DNA of 64,000 nt from an uncultured Candidatus Saccharibacteria bacterium. GTDB taxonomy: Bacteria > Patescibacteriota > Minisyncoccia > Phycocordibacterales > UBA918. The notes beneath the pieces are model-generated. The model was not told the origin of the DNA and did not search any database. It saw only the letters and a program-made list of their open reading frames with translations. The stretch covers positions 457,973 to 521,972 of the forward strand of contig CAYGLK010000001.1 in the NCBI GenBank assembly GCA_964350985.1, written 5' to 3'. Positions 47,786 through 57,616 of this stretch are shown in pieces; within the stretch, counting starts at the first letter, position 1, and every line of letters begins with the position of its first letter. A program made the position numbers and the translations under genes.

Positions 47786-48418
47786 CTAATCGACTAGATT
47801 ATCTCTAAGGCTTTTAAAAATCGCATTGTAGACACTAATATCAGTTGTTGCAGGCAGGTGTATTTCTATGTTGTGCTGAAAACTTATAGCTCTAGGCTCA
47901 TTCTGTAATTCGACCACTTCCTTAGTCGCAGGTTTTACGTCTGAAACCTTATCTGTGGTTTCTTTTGTAGAGATTTCTTTATTAGACAAACTCGGAGATT
48001 GTCCAAACTTAGCTAATGTAGTAAGTGTTTTGAAAGTTAGAAAATACCTAGCTACTGCCACTTCATCTTTTCCTGTTATTCTCGATATAGCTCCTTTTAT
48101 TTCATCATCCGTTTTTGTATAAATCTCAGTATCAATAATAAACAAATCTTTATAAAGATCTTTTATTTTTTCACCAAGAACAAATTTCCAGTCAGATGAA
48201 TCTCTGAGTCTGTCATAGTATTCAGTCGGAACACCATCCTCTGTCATAAAACCAAGTTTTTTTAAAAGTGGAATTATCGCTCTGTCATTTGTACTCGAGA
48301 ACCCTAATTGTTTAAGAAATTCATATGTAAATTTCGTAGGCTTTGCAGCAGCACGAATTTTACTAAAAATAGGTTCAATCTTATTATTAGTTAGTACGTA
48401 AGGATATGAATCAGCCAT
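47786..48418 (-). CDS. Hypothetical partner protein of the HEPN gene (N-terminal wHTH-like region, C-terminal domain)
   Basis: 210 aa. Its stop codon is 4 nt from the HEPN start. I recognise no family. Confidence 0.45.
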   Translation of the reverse strand: MADSYPYVLTNNKIEPIFSKIRAAAKPTKFTYEFLKQLGFSSTNDRAIIPLLKKLGFMTEDGVPTEYYDRLRDSSDWKFVLGEKIKDLYKDLFIIDTEIYTKTDDEIKGAISRITGKDEVAVARYFLTFKTLTTLAKFGQSPSLSNKEISTKETTDKVSDVKPATKEVVELQNEPRAISFQHNIEIHLPATTDISVYNAIFKSLRDNLVD

Positions 48419-48679
48419 AAGTTATAAAAGTTAATATTAAGATGTTTGACATATTATATTATAAAATGACAGATTTGACACACTTCATAAAAAAACACTT
48501 TGAAAAGCTCGGCGCACGAGAAGGGTCGTTAAGATTTCTGTGTCACTAGTCAAAATTGCCTTACAGGGCAATAAGTTGACGAGGTTCTATCTCGAGAAGG
48601 CTCACAAATTTTACAGTCTCATATTAAGCTACGTTTAAACAACTACAAAGGGACGTTGGAACCGTGGTAGAATTTTTGT

Positions 48680-49546
48680 ATGAAAATAGGAACATGGAAT
48701 TTAAAATTTCTTTTCGATGAAGGAACTCGGCTCTATTCTGGAGTTGAAACAGAATTTACAAAAGAGTTTGTTGAAAAACGATTTACATACTTTGCAGAAC
48801 AGTTTGATTTACTTGATTGTGATATTTTATTTTTGCAAGAAGTTGGAGACAAAAGTGCTTTAGAAAAAATAGTTGCTCAGACAAAAAATGATTATTCATA
48901 TTTTATTGCTAATCCAGATGCATACGGAACAGGAAATGCTGTTATTTATAAAAGTAACCTAAACTGCAAATGTGAATCTGTCTCTACGAATAGTACGGTG
49001 CCGGTATTTAATGAGGAAGATACTGACACTATTACTAACAGAATAAAATCCCGCAGAGACTACGTTAAACTTGAGACGACAGTAAATAATCAAGCGCTAG
49101 TACTAGTAGGGCTACACATTAAGGCACGATTTCTTGTATATAAAAATGGAAGTAGTTTTCCAAACGAAGAAGAAAAAGATTCTCAAGTTTTGGCTGCAGA
49201 TGGTGCAATACGTTCTGAGATATTTAGATTAAACCAAGCCAAGAAAGTTAGAGAAATTGCGAGCAATGTTTTAGGTAATGAAAATACTCACTTCATAGCT
49301 TTAGGAGATTTTAATGCTGAGCAAAATTCTGAAGTAGTAAAGATAATTCGGGGAGGGATTAAGGATAGACATGACACACTCAGACTGATAACTGAAGATT
49401 CAGCAATTGACCATATCTTTGTTTCTCAGTCACTGGAAGAGAAAGTGTCTAATATAGAAATACTAAATGAATTAAAAGCTTCTGACGGCGGTGCTGAAAT
49501 CGTTGAAAGTGACCACGCTCCCATAACATTTAAACTGCAGTTTTAG
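48680..49546 (+). CDS. Endonuclease/exonuclease/phosphatase (EEP) family protein
   Basis: 288 aa. MKIGTWNL, LQEV, GDFN and SDHAP motifs. Extended -10 TGgTAGAAT upstream. Confidence 0.7.
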   Translation: MKIGTWNLKFLFDEGTRLYSGVETEFTKEFVEKRFTYFAEQFDLLDCDILFLQEVGDKSALEKIVAQTKNDYSYFIANPDAYGTGNAVIYKSNLNCKCESVSTNSTVPVFNEEDTDTITNRIKSRRDYVKLETTVNNQALVLVGLHIKARFLVYKNGSSFPNEEEKDSQVLAADGAIRSEIFRLNQAKKVREIASNVLGNENTHFIALGDFNAEQNSEVVKIIRGGIKDRHDTLRLITEDSAIDHIFVSQSLEEKVSNIEILNELKASDGGAEIVESDHAPITFKLQF

Positions 49547-49672
49547 TCTTAATTCTTAATCTCAGCTCACCCTCTAGTTGCTTAACTATTTCGTTCCGAT
49601 TCCGTCTCAGTTAGATAACAACGACTTTTGAGATTAATTTAAAAGGATTATTTTTATTAACCAAGAAGATAC

Positions 49673-50545
49673 TTGGAACTTTTGTTATACTTGAGATATA
49701 TGGAATCTATTAATACAGAACCTGACCAAGAAATGGTACCTTCAGAACAGACCCAAATAATCTTGAATATACTTAAAGAGGTAGAGCAGATTGTCCTAAG
49801 ATACTTTAAAACTGGAGTCGGGGTTGAATATAAAAAAGATGCCTATGACCCAGTGACTATTGCAGACAAAGAAGCAGATAAACATATTAGAGAAGCAATT
49901 GCTCGGCAGTTTCCAGGGGACGCAATCTTATCAGAAGAAAGCGAAATAATTCCAGAAAACTTCTCTGGGCGAGTTTGGATGATTGATCCTTTAAATGGCA
50001 CAAAATCTTTTATTAAAGGCTCCGACACCTTTGCTGTGGTTATGGGATTAGTTGAAGACGGAGTGCCTGTTTTAGGATGCGTTAGTCTACCTGCTCAGAA
50101 GATAACGTTCCATGCCGAAAGAGGAGCTGGGTCATTTAAGGAAATATCAGGAAAAAGAACTCGATTACAAAGTAGTTTAGTTTCTGAAATTGAGCAAGCT
50201 AGACTTATCACTCGCGAACCCAGTGCAGAAATCAGACCTTTAGAGCAAAAAGTCAGCCAACTGCCCTTCCTTGAAACCTTAGAACAAGGAAGTGGAGCAA
50301 AACTATGCATGATAGCAAACGGTGAAGCAGAGGCACATATAAATACTAACTCTAGAGCTTCAAAATGGGACATTGCTGCACTACAGCTTATTTTGGAAGA
50401 AGCCGGAGGTAAAGTTACAGACTTAGACGGAAAACCAATAAATTACACAGAAGCGGAAGTCTTACTTACAAGAAGCTATGTGGCTTCGGCTAACTCTGAA
50501 CTACACTCTAAAATTATTGCAGGATTAAGAAACCTTGAGGTGTAA
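49673..50545 (+). CDS. Inositol monophosphatase / CysQ (3'(2'),5'-bisphosphate nucleotidase) family protein
   Basis: 290 aa. EE..E metal-binding region, WMIDPLNGT and a G..DTF-like motif. Confidence 0.65.
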   Translation: MELLLYLRYMESINTEPDQEMVPSEQTQIILNILKEVEQIVLRYFKTGVGVEYKKDAYDPVTIADKEADKHIREAIARQFPGDAILSEESEIIPENFSGRVWMIDPLNGTKSFIKGSDTFAVVMGLVEDGVPVLGCVSLPAQKITFHAERGAGSFKEISGKRTRLQSSLVSEIEQARLITREPSAEIRPLEQKVSQLPFLETLEQGSGAKLCMIANGEAEAHINTNSRASKWDIAALQLILEEAGGKVTDLDGKPINYTEAEVLLTRSYVASANSELHSKIIAGLRNLEV

Positions 50546-50564
50546 AACACTTGTTTTACTATCC

Positions 50565-50592
50565 GGTTCCAATTCGTACTACATAGGGTCAC
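50565..50592 (+). repeat. 28-nt tRNA-Glu-3'-like box, copy 2, followed by the hairpin aaagcaccctttgggtgcttttt
   Basis: Identical 28-mer. Confidence 0.7.
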
Positions 50593-50691
50593 AACATATT
50601 TTCTTAGTAAAAGCACCCTTTGGGTGTTTTTGCTTTTGAATATCCTGTGAGCTTACGAGAAAAGTGCATAGATTGACAAAGTGAATATTGT

Positions 50692-51105
50692 GTGACAATA
50701 TCTGAGATGGAACACCTTCACACAACCAACAAGAGGTCCTGTATGAACGTCCAAAAGATTGCCCGTTGGATCATTGTCACCGCATTGCTTTTTATGGGGT
50801 TGGCAGCTACTTTGCAATTTTTGATAAAACTTAGTGGAGAGACATTACCACTGAGTTTTACCGATCTGTGCCTATGGCTAATCATGTGTGGTGTCTGTCT
50901 CAAAGCCGCCCTGACACAACGAAAAGCCTGGGCAATAACCGGACTCCTGAGTATATTCCTTACTCTGGTCAAGAGTGTTGAACTTTCACTGTTCTACGTC
51001 GAAAACCACTCAATTTCATTGGTCATAACGCTTCTTGTGGCGCTACACTTGTCGACCATGGTAATTCCACAAAGTACTCGTGGTCAACGAGTGATTGCTC
51101 ACTAG
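50692..51105 (+). CDS. Hypothetical membrane protein (four TM helices)
   Basis: 137 aa. The likely start is the internal MNVQKIARWIIV. Confidence 0.4.
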   Translation: MTISEMEHLHTTNKRSCMNVQKIARWIIVTALLFMGLAATLQFLIKLSGETLPLSFTDLCLWLIMCGVCLKAALTQRKAWAITGLLSIFLTLVKSVELSLFYVENHSISLVITLLVALHLSTMVIPQSTRGQRVIAH

Positions 51106-51240
51106 AAGCCCGAGGACATAATTCAAATAGCGACACTGCACCAAGGTGCAAAGAAATGCCCCGCTTTCTTGCGGGGCAACTTTTTTATTAAATTTTAGTT
51201 AAAAGCAAAACTTTTAATATTGAAATCGAATTGATTAAAA

Positions 51241-51268
51241 GGTTCCAATTCGTACTACATAGGGTCAC
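51241..51268 (+). repeat. 28-nt tRNA-Glu-3'-like box, copy 3. It is followed by the same trailer and terminator as the real tRNA-Glu (gagtacaaaaaagagcgcctttgggcgctttttt).
   Basis: Over 45 nt match the region downstream of tRNA-Glu. Confidence 0.7.
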
Positions 51269-51338
51269 GAGTACAAAAAAGAGCGCCTTTGGGCGCTTTT
51301 TTGTTTGTAATTTTAAAATAATTTAGTATTTAAATTAA

Positions 51339-51596
51339 TTACGTTAGAGACACATACCAAGAAATCACAGTATAACCAAAGTAAGAACAAAGAACGATTC
51401 CAGCTATGGCTAATATATAGTGACCTTTAGCCATGTTTTGACCCTTACCTTTATACAATGCTATAACTCCCGACAAGAAACCAACTGGTGCAAGAAAAAT
51501 AATGAAGCCAGGAGCTAAAAAACACGCAACTCCGCTGACAACAGATGTAATAGCATACTCTTTACTATTCTGCTTTTTTAATTTAAAACTATCCAT
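51339..51596 (-). CDS. Hypothetical small membrane protein (85 aa, two TM helices)
   Basis: Hydrophobicity pattern only. Confidence 0.35.
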   Translation of the reverse strand: MDSFKLKKQNSKEYAITSVVSGVACFLAPGFIIFLAPVGFLSGVIALYKGKGQNMAKGHYILAIAGIVLCSYFGYTVISWYVSLT

Positions 51597-51666
51597 AAAA
51601 ATCTAGTTTACTCTTATAAAGTTTCTTTCTAAAGTATGGTTTAGTTTAGTAACTTAGTCAACGAAC

Positions 51667-51689
51667 ACAATCGTACTACATAGGCTCAC
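51667..51689 (+). repeat. Degenerate copy 4 of the box (acaatcgtactacataggctcac), plus a terminator hairpin
   Basis: 18 of 23 positions match the core. Confidence 0.5.
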
Positions 51690-51751
51690 AAAATTAAAAA
51701 GACTAAGATATAAAATCTTGGTCTTTTTAATTTTGTGAAAAAATACTAATC

Positions 51752-52624
51752 CTAAATCCCCGCCTCAATATAGTAATCTTCTGAACCATACAATGTGTAT
51801 CCGTCTTCTGCTTCAGCTGCAAAGACATTTACTGGCTTTCCTATATGTGACTCCAGTCCGCCAATACCATCCTCGAATCTCACCTCACCAACAGTATCTC
51901 TAGACCAGCCTCGTAAGAGTATAATTGTCTTTCCTTCTACTGTAGCGCTACAAATACCGTCTGCAAAACAACTAGTATTGACGGCTTCTAGAGTCCCTCC
52001 GAAAGCTACTGTCCCTTCAGGTAACTTTGAATCATCTTTATCTACTGCTTCTTTACTAACTACTTCTACAAGACGATACTCATAGACACTGGCGTCTGCT
52101 GGTACTGATTCACGCTCTGTTCTCTCAACAATCAATTCATATGAATAGCCAGACTCAAATTCAAAACCATCAATAGAGTCGTAAAAGTATTCACCGTTTA
52201 CTATTAGGCATTCCATCTCACCTTCTCCAGTACAAGGCTTTCGTTCTGGTTCAATATTAAAGGTAAGTAGATTTTCGTCATTCTCACCCACTGGCATAGC
52301 AGCTTCAAAAACCGCCTCGCCTCTTACTTCTAACATTGCTTCTCCTTGATGTTCCCAAAATACAATAGATTCATCATCGTTAGTATATTTTGCTCCAGAT
52401 GCAGATATAGAGCGTTCTAGTTCATATTGAACGCCACTTAGACTAATCTGAGCGTAGTCAGCACCATCACTATATTGAACAGTAAATTGTCGATCATCCT
52501 CAATAAATGTTACTGGTTCAGTCACATAAACAACTTCCTTTTCGGTAGTACTATTGTTAGCAAATAATGCGTAGCTAACCAAGACAACAAAAACAAGCGC
52601 TAAAATCAAAAACAATTTTTTCAT
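51752..52624 (-). CDS. Secreted MliC-like lysozyme-inhibitor domain protein with a C-terminal DUF4377-like domain
   Basis: 290 aa. Signal peptide; SASGAKY...VFWEHQGEAMLEV matches the MliC motifs SxSGAxY and KGxEA. The second half has C..GEGEMECL..NGEYFYD. Confidence 0.55.
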   Translation of the reverse strand: MKKLFLILALVFVVLVSYALFANNSTTEKEVVYVTEPVTFIEDDRQFTVQYSDGADYAQISLSGVQYELERSISASGAKYTNDDESIVFWEHQGEAMLEVRGEAVFEAAMPVGENDENLLTFNIEPERKPCTGEGEMECLIVNGEYFYDSIDGFEFESGYSYELIVERTERESVPADASVYEYRLVEVVSKEAVDKDDSKLPEGTVAFGGTLEAVNTSCFADGICSATVEGKTIILLRGWSRDTVGEVRFEDGIGGLESHIGKPVNVFAAEAEDGYTLYGSEDYYIEAGI

Positions 52625-52735
52625 AGATATATTGCTACTTTTAATATACTAAGGTTATCAAATCTACTGGATAATGTAAAAAGGACCTGATTTTTTAAGA
52701 TCGCCATCTCCCTCTTTATCTGCTAGGATGCCAAT

Positions 52736-53308
52736 ATGAAAATAACGTCAGCAAAGTTTGTTCGAGGAGTTAAGGGCGATAACGGTATTCTAGAAAATGG
52801 AATTCCTCAGATTGCTTTTATTGGCCGTTCTAATGTTGGAAAATCTAGTCTCCTCAATTCACTTACTAACTCAAAAAATCTAGCAATCACTAGTAAGACG
52901 CCAGGACGAACTAAAGAGATCAATGTCTTTTCAATCAATGACACCCATTACTTCATGGACCTACCTGGATACGGTTTTGCTAAGACCGAAATAAAAATCT
53001 GGGAGAAACTCGGAAAGCTTATCTATTGGTACCTCTTTGATTCAAAACACAATCCCAGAGTCGTACTATTGGTTGATGCTGAAGTAGGGCCAACACACTC
53101 TGACTTAGAGATGCTTGGAGAACTAGAGAGAGCCGGCAAAGATATTGTAGTTGTCTTAAATAAAGTTGATAAAATCAAAAAATCACAGTACTTAAACCGC
53201 TTAAAAGACCTTGGCAAACAACTTCGTGGACACAAACTCTTCCCCTACTCTTCCAAAACTAAGTTAGGAGTAGAAGAACTAACTAATGAACTTTTAAAGA
53301 AAAATTAG
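52736..53308 (+). CDS. engB: Ribosome biogenesis GTPase EngB/YsxC
   Basis: 190 aa. G1 GRSNVGKSS, DLPGYGFA and NKVDK motifs. Confidence 0.85.
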   Translation: MKITSAKFVRGVKGDNGILENGIPQIAFIGRSNVGKSSLLNSLTNSKNLAITSKTPGRTKEINVFSINDTHYFMDLPGYGFAKTEIKIWEKLGKLIYWYLFDSKHNPRVVLLVDAEVGPTHSDLEMLGELERAGKDIVVVLNKVDKIKKSQYLNRLKDLGKQLRGHKLFPYSSKTKLGVEELTNELLKKN

Positions 53309-53320
53309 TTAATCTCTTCT

Positions 53321-56300
53321 TTACAAAATCCTCACCGCTCCATTGTCAGCATCGACCTCGACCCTATCACCGTTTTTCAAAACCTGGGTTGCTTTTTCTG
53401 TTCCAATTACACAAGGGATATTGAGTTCACGAGCAACAATAGCAGCATGACATGTCACTCCTCCTCTGTTGGTAATTATTGCACCAGCCTGGGACATTAG
53501 TGGTAAAAATGTCGGCGAGGTCATATCACAAACCAAAACATCACCCTTACTGAATTTATCTGAAGCTGGATCTGTAACAACAGAAACTGTACCACTGTAC
53601 TTTCCTAAACAAGCTGTTTGTCCATTAAGATCACCTTTTACTTCAGATGCATTAATACTTGGTATTTGTTGTGTGATTAGACGATTATAGTCAATAAACC
53701 ACAGCCCTTGATCTGTATCCACTGTTTCAAAATAGCCATTTAAGTAGTCAAAACTAAATGTTCCATTTAACTGTTTTGAAATCTCAGCTTTTTGCGTCTC
53801 GTTAACTTTCAAATAACTAACCACTTTTTTAAGATGCTCCTCTGCTTCTTTATTAGCAGGTACAAGTTTCCATTCGTTGAAATCATACTCGAAAGAAATC
53901 GGTGTGTTTTCTAAGTAAAATCCTTGGGTTAATTTTTCATGAGAGTCAGCAATAACTTCGCCGCGAATACCTGATTCACTGACTACAAATATGGTCGACC
54001 AATAACTGATGTCTGCATCAGGAACAAAATCCGCTCGATACTTTGAAGGATCGACTTCTTGTTCAACTAACCAAGTTTCGACCACTTCTCGCACAGTCTT
54101 ACCTCTCATTCTTAGCTTCTTCAAATTATTATCCAAAGGGATCAAACGTAGGGCACATTTTTCACTACCATGGTTTTCTAAATATGATTTAAATTCATCT
54201 GATCTATCAACTACATCACTTAAACTAAACTGGGTTGGTCTATCGAATGGTATCCCAGTAATTTCATTCAAAACAGCTAGCCGTTCTCTCTTCTCATTAT
54301 CCTCATCCCGATGTTTTGCAGCGTCTTCATGACTCATATTTCCAAGCCATTCCGTCAAGGAAATTTGCTTATCAAAAAATTCTTCTTTAGGTGCAGTCAC
54401 ATCAGTAGGCAATGAATCATTCTTCTCCAAAATCCTCACCACTCCCTTATCTGCATCGACCTCGACTAAGTCTCCGTCTTTTAATATTTCAGTCGCTACT
54501 TTGGTTCCTACTACACAAGGTTTTCTAAATTCTCGGGCAACAATTGCAGCGTGACAAATAACTCCACCTTCGTCAGTAACAAAAGCTGCGGCTTTTCTCA
54601 TAGCGTCAATATATGCAGGAGTGGTCATTCCAGCAACCAAAATTTCACCCTCCTTAAGCAACTTACTATCTTCTTGAGTCTGGATGATTCTCACCTTACC
54701 TTGTACCACACCAGCAAAAGCAACCTTTCCTTCTAAGAGGTTACTCTTCTGAACTTCAGTTTTTTCCAACCCCTGAGCCATGGCAAATTCTTCAACCTGT
54801 TTTTTACCAAAGAAAAACTCATAACGGTCACCTTGTGAAAGTATGGCAAAGTGAGTTTTACGTTCTTCCAATTCTTCGACACTTGGCAAAGTATCTGCCT
54901 CAGCCCACTGATAAAATTCCTTTTCAGTGAGCCGTAACAATGAATCGTCTAAACCTAGGGCTTTCAAAGTCTCACGCAAGGCCCAATTTGCTCTAACTAA
55001 AGCTGTTTTTCCTTCGTCATGTAAATAAGAAAGCTTCTGTACAATACTGGCTAACCATTGTTCATATTCCGAGAATTGAGTTTGGGTAAAATCAGAACTT
55101 TCGTTAATTTCCAAAACATTGCCTTGCAAAATTCTCTTGTAATCAGCAGCATTCCAACTCTTAGAGACATATTCTGAATGTATGAAACCATACTCTTTCG
55201 CTAGATTTTCTGCTTGTTCATTCAACCACTCAGCTGATTTATTTGTAATTTCATTTTGAATTAAATAGATTGCTTGAGATTCTCTAGCAATCAAAGTTCG
55301 GCTATGGGGACGTAACAATTCTTCTTTTATGGGTAAAAAACGATCCCCCAAAGACTCTTTAAGAAACTCCAACGGCACCTTACTACAGCTTAGTCCGAAT
55401 AACATATAACCCATGTTTCTTCGGAAAGTTTTATATAAAAACAAAGCGTCTGTTTTTGTTTCTCCGGGGACAATTTTAAGATCAGTTTTGATTTGAGTGA
55501 TTACTTTTTCAATGTTTTCTTCCAATTCCTTTGATACATTTTTACAATACTCATGTAGGTTGGTACGTTCATTTATTGGAGCGTTCTTGCCGAAAAAAAT
55601 TGGCAACACGACATCATTCTTGAGTATTAAATCATTTCTAGAGCCAAAGTAGACTGGACCAATATTTATTTTTTCTCTACGAGCACTGATGTTGGCATCC
55701 CAATGGAGTAAATCTTGAGTACGTGCTGCCATTTTTTGCCAAGCTACTTCAGTAGTTGAATTTGTTGCTATTTTGTCTGCCTCTTTATTAGTAGGTTTAG
55801 TTACTGAAAGTGTCGTAATCGGGCGACTTTGGACAATATAAAAAGCATTGTTTTCAAAAGCCCACTCTATATCACAAGGAAATCCATAATGATCTTCAAT
55901 AGTGACAATAATATTCGCCAGTTCAGATATTTGTTCTTTATCTAAAACTTGTTGATCAGCTTGCTCTGGTGAAAGTTCGATCCATTCATTAAAACCGTGT
56001 TCTGCATCCAACTTAGTTGAGCGATATAAGGCCTTGTTTTGGCTACTAACGTTAATATCTAAAATATCTCTTGGTTCTTTGGTAACAACATAAGCATCTG
56101 GAGTAACAGAACCAGAAACGATTGCTTCGCCAAGACCAAATCCGGCTTCAATGATTATTTGATTATAATCTTCAGTTACCGGATGTACAGAAAAAGCGAT
56201 TCCAGATTTTTCGGAATTGACCATTTTTTGAACCACAACCGCCACTGAAATATGTGTCGTGTTTAATCCCTTTTCAAAACGATAGAAAATAGCTCTTGGA

Positions 56301-56770
56301 GTAAAAAGACTTGCCCAACAACTTTTAACTTGCTGGAGTAGGGTATCTTTGGTGGTATTGAGATATGAAGACAGTTGCCCAGCCCAAGCATGATCAGCAC
56401 CATCTTCTGCAGTGGCTGAAGAGCGTACAGCCACATATTCCATCTTGTAGTTACCATATTGTTCAAGGACTTCGTCAGCAATAGCTTGTGGCATTGTGGC
56501 ACGCATGATCAAGGATTGAATCTTTTCTGAAGCACTATCTACTGTATGAATTACTTTATGATCGACAGTATTCAAAACCGCCTCAATCTCTTGAATGAGG
56601 TCTGTTTCCTTAATAAAATAATCAAAAGTATCCGCCGTCACCACAAAGCCGTCAGGTACTGGAATATTAGCCGCTAACATCTCCCCTAAGGAAGCTCCTT
56701 TCCCTCCAGCAATATGAGCATCTTTTTTGGTCAGATCACTAAATTTCTGAGTGTATTTCATGATTTTCAT
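53321..56770 (-). CDS. PEP-utilizing enzyme (PEP synthase / rifampicin-phosphotransferase-like) with an N-terminal PPDK_N ATP-grasp and two phosphohistidine mobile domains
   Basis: 1149 aa. N-terminal AGGKGASLGEM. The CHAAIVARE motif occurs twice, at about residue 740 and about residue 1100. Confidence 0.7.
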   Translation of the reverse strand: MKIMKYTQKFSDLTKKDAHIAGGKGASLGEMLAANIPVPDGFVVTADTFDYFIKETDLIQEIEAVLNTVDHKVIHTVDSASEKIQSLIMRATMPQAIADEVLEQYGNYKMEYVAVRSSATAEDGADHAWAGQLSSYLNTTKDTLLQQVKSCWASLFTPRAIFYRFEKGLNTTHISVAVVVQKMVNSEKSGIAFSVHPVTEDYNQIIIEAGFGLGEAIVSGSVTPDAYVVTKEPRDILDINVSSQNKALYRSTKLDAEHGFNEWIELSPEQADQQVLDKEQISELANIIVTIEDHYGFPCDIEWAFENNAFYIVQSRPITTLSVTKPTNKEADKIATNSTTEVAWQKMAARTQDLLHWDANISARREKINIGPVYFGSRNDLILKNDVVLPIFFGKNAPINERTNLHEYCKNVSKELEENIEKVITQIKTDLKIVPGETKTDALFLYKTFRRNMGYMLFGLSCSKVPLEFLKESLGDRFLPIKEELLRPHSRTLIARESQAIYLIQNEITNKSAEWLNEQAENLAKEYGFIHSEYVSKSWNAADYKRILQGNVLEINESSDFTQTQFSEYEQWLASIVQKLSYLHDEGKTALVRANWALRETLKALGLDDSLLRLTEKEFYQWAEADTLPSVEELEERKTHFAILSQGDRYEFFFGKKQVEEFAMAQGLEKTEVQKSNLLEGKVAFAGVVQGKVRIIQTQEDSKLLKEGEILVAGMTTPAYIDAMRKAAAFVTDEGGVICHAAIVAREFRKPCVVGTKVATEILKDGDLVEVDADKGVVRILEKNDSLPTDVTAPKEEFFDKQISLTEWLGNMSHEDAAKHRDEDNEKRERLAVLNEITGIPFDRPTQFSLSDVVDRSDEFKSYLENHGSEKCALRLIPLDNNLKKLRMRGKTVREVVETWLVEQEVDPSKYRADFVPDADISYWSTIFVVSESGIRGEVIADSHEKLTQGFYLENTPISFEYDFNEWKLVPANKEAEEHLKKVVSYLKVNETQKAEISKQLNGTFSFDYLNGYFETVDTDQGLWFIDYNRLITQQIPSINASEVKGDLNGQTACLGKYSGTVSVVTDPASDKFSKGDVLVCDMTSPTFLPLMSQAGAIITNRGGVTCHAAIVARELNIPCVIGTEKATQVLKNGDRVEVDADNGAVRIL

Positions 56771-56845
56771 TATATATCAATGAGATCTGAAAAGAAATTA
56801 GTCGTACAATAGACCTGCTTAAACCTATGTTGTAGACTTAATAAT

Positions 56846-57586
56846 ATGTCCAGAACACGAATTATTTTCTACGGTGTCATTTCTATACTAATGGTCATTT
56901 CTGCGTTTCTGTTATTTATAATTATAAGTAATAACTCAGAAAAAAATATTGACCAACAAGAAATGACCGAAAATGCTACTGAGATAAATACAACCACTCT
57001 TGAATTGACAGAAGAAGTTACTATAGAGAAATCTATAACTAGCACGCCTTCGACAACCACTTTAAATACCACCCCTAAGGCTGAAGAAATCAAAGTTGAC
57101 TTGCCAGTAGTAAAACCTGAAACAACTCAATTTACTTTTGATCCTTTAATAATACTCGCAGCACACAACACTATACGAGGAGATGTTGGTATTGCTCAAC
57201 TTACCTATTCAAAAACACTGGCACGGGATGCCCAAAAGTGGAGTGACAAACTACAATATAATGATTGTGAAATAAAACATGACCCAAAAACAAACTACGG
57301 TGAAAACTTATACTGGGCTTCACAAACTGGTAACATTGAAGACGGACTGATCGCCACACCCAAAGGAGTAGTAAATTCGTGGGCAGCTGAAAAAGTTGAT
57401 TATAATTACGCTGAAAATAGTTGTGTACCAGGAAAGCAGTGTGGTCACTATACACAAATAGTTTGGGAAGAAACTTCAGAAGTTGGTTGTGGAGTAAGCG
57501 TCTGTCGAAACGGAAACTCCCAGAAAGAAATATGGGTCTGTCGCTACAATCCCCCCGGAAACTACATTGGAGAAAAACCTTACTAA
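56846..57586 (+). CDS. CAP/SCP/PR-1 domain secreted protein
   Basis: 246 aa. TM anchor, then a Thr-rich linker, then CAP motifs HN..R, GENL and HYTQIVW plus a Cys pattern. Confidence 0.7.
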   Translation: MSRTRIIFYGVISILMVISAFLLFIIISNNSEKNIDQQEMTENATEINTTTLELTEEVTIEKSITSTPSTTTLNTTPKAEEIKVDLPVVKPETTQFTFDPLIILAAHNTIRGDVGIAQLTYSKTLARDAQKWSDKLQYNDCEIKHDPKTNYGENLYWASQTGNIEDGLIATPKGVVNSWAAEKVDYNYAENSCVPGKQCGHYTQIVWEETSEVGCGVSVCRNGNSQKEIWVCRYNPPGNYIGEKPY

Positions 57587-57616
57587 TTTTTAAATCGTTA
57601 AAAGAAGAAGGGGACA

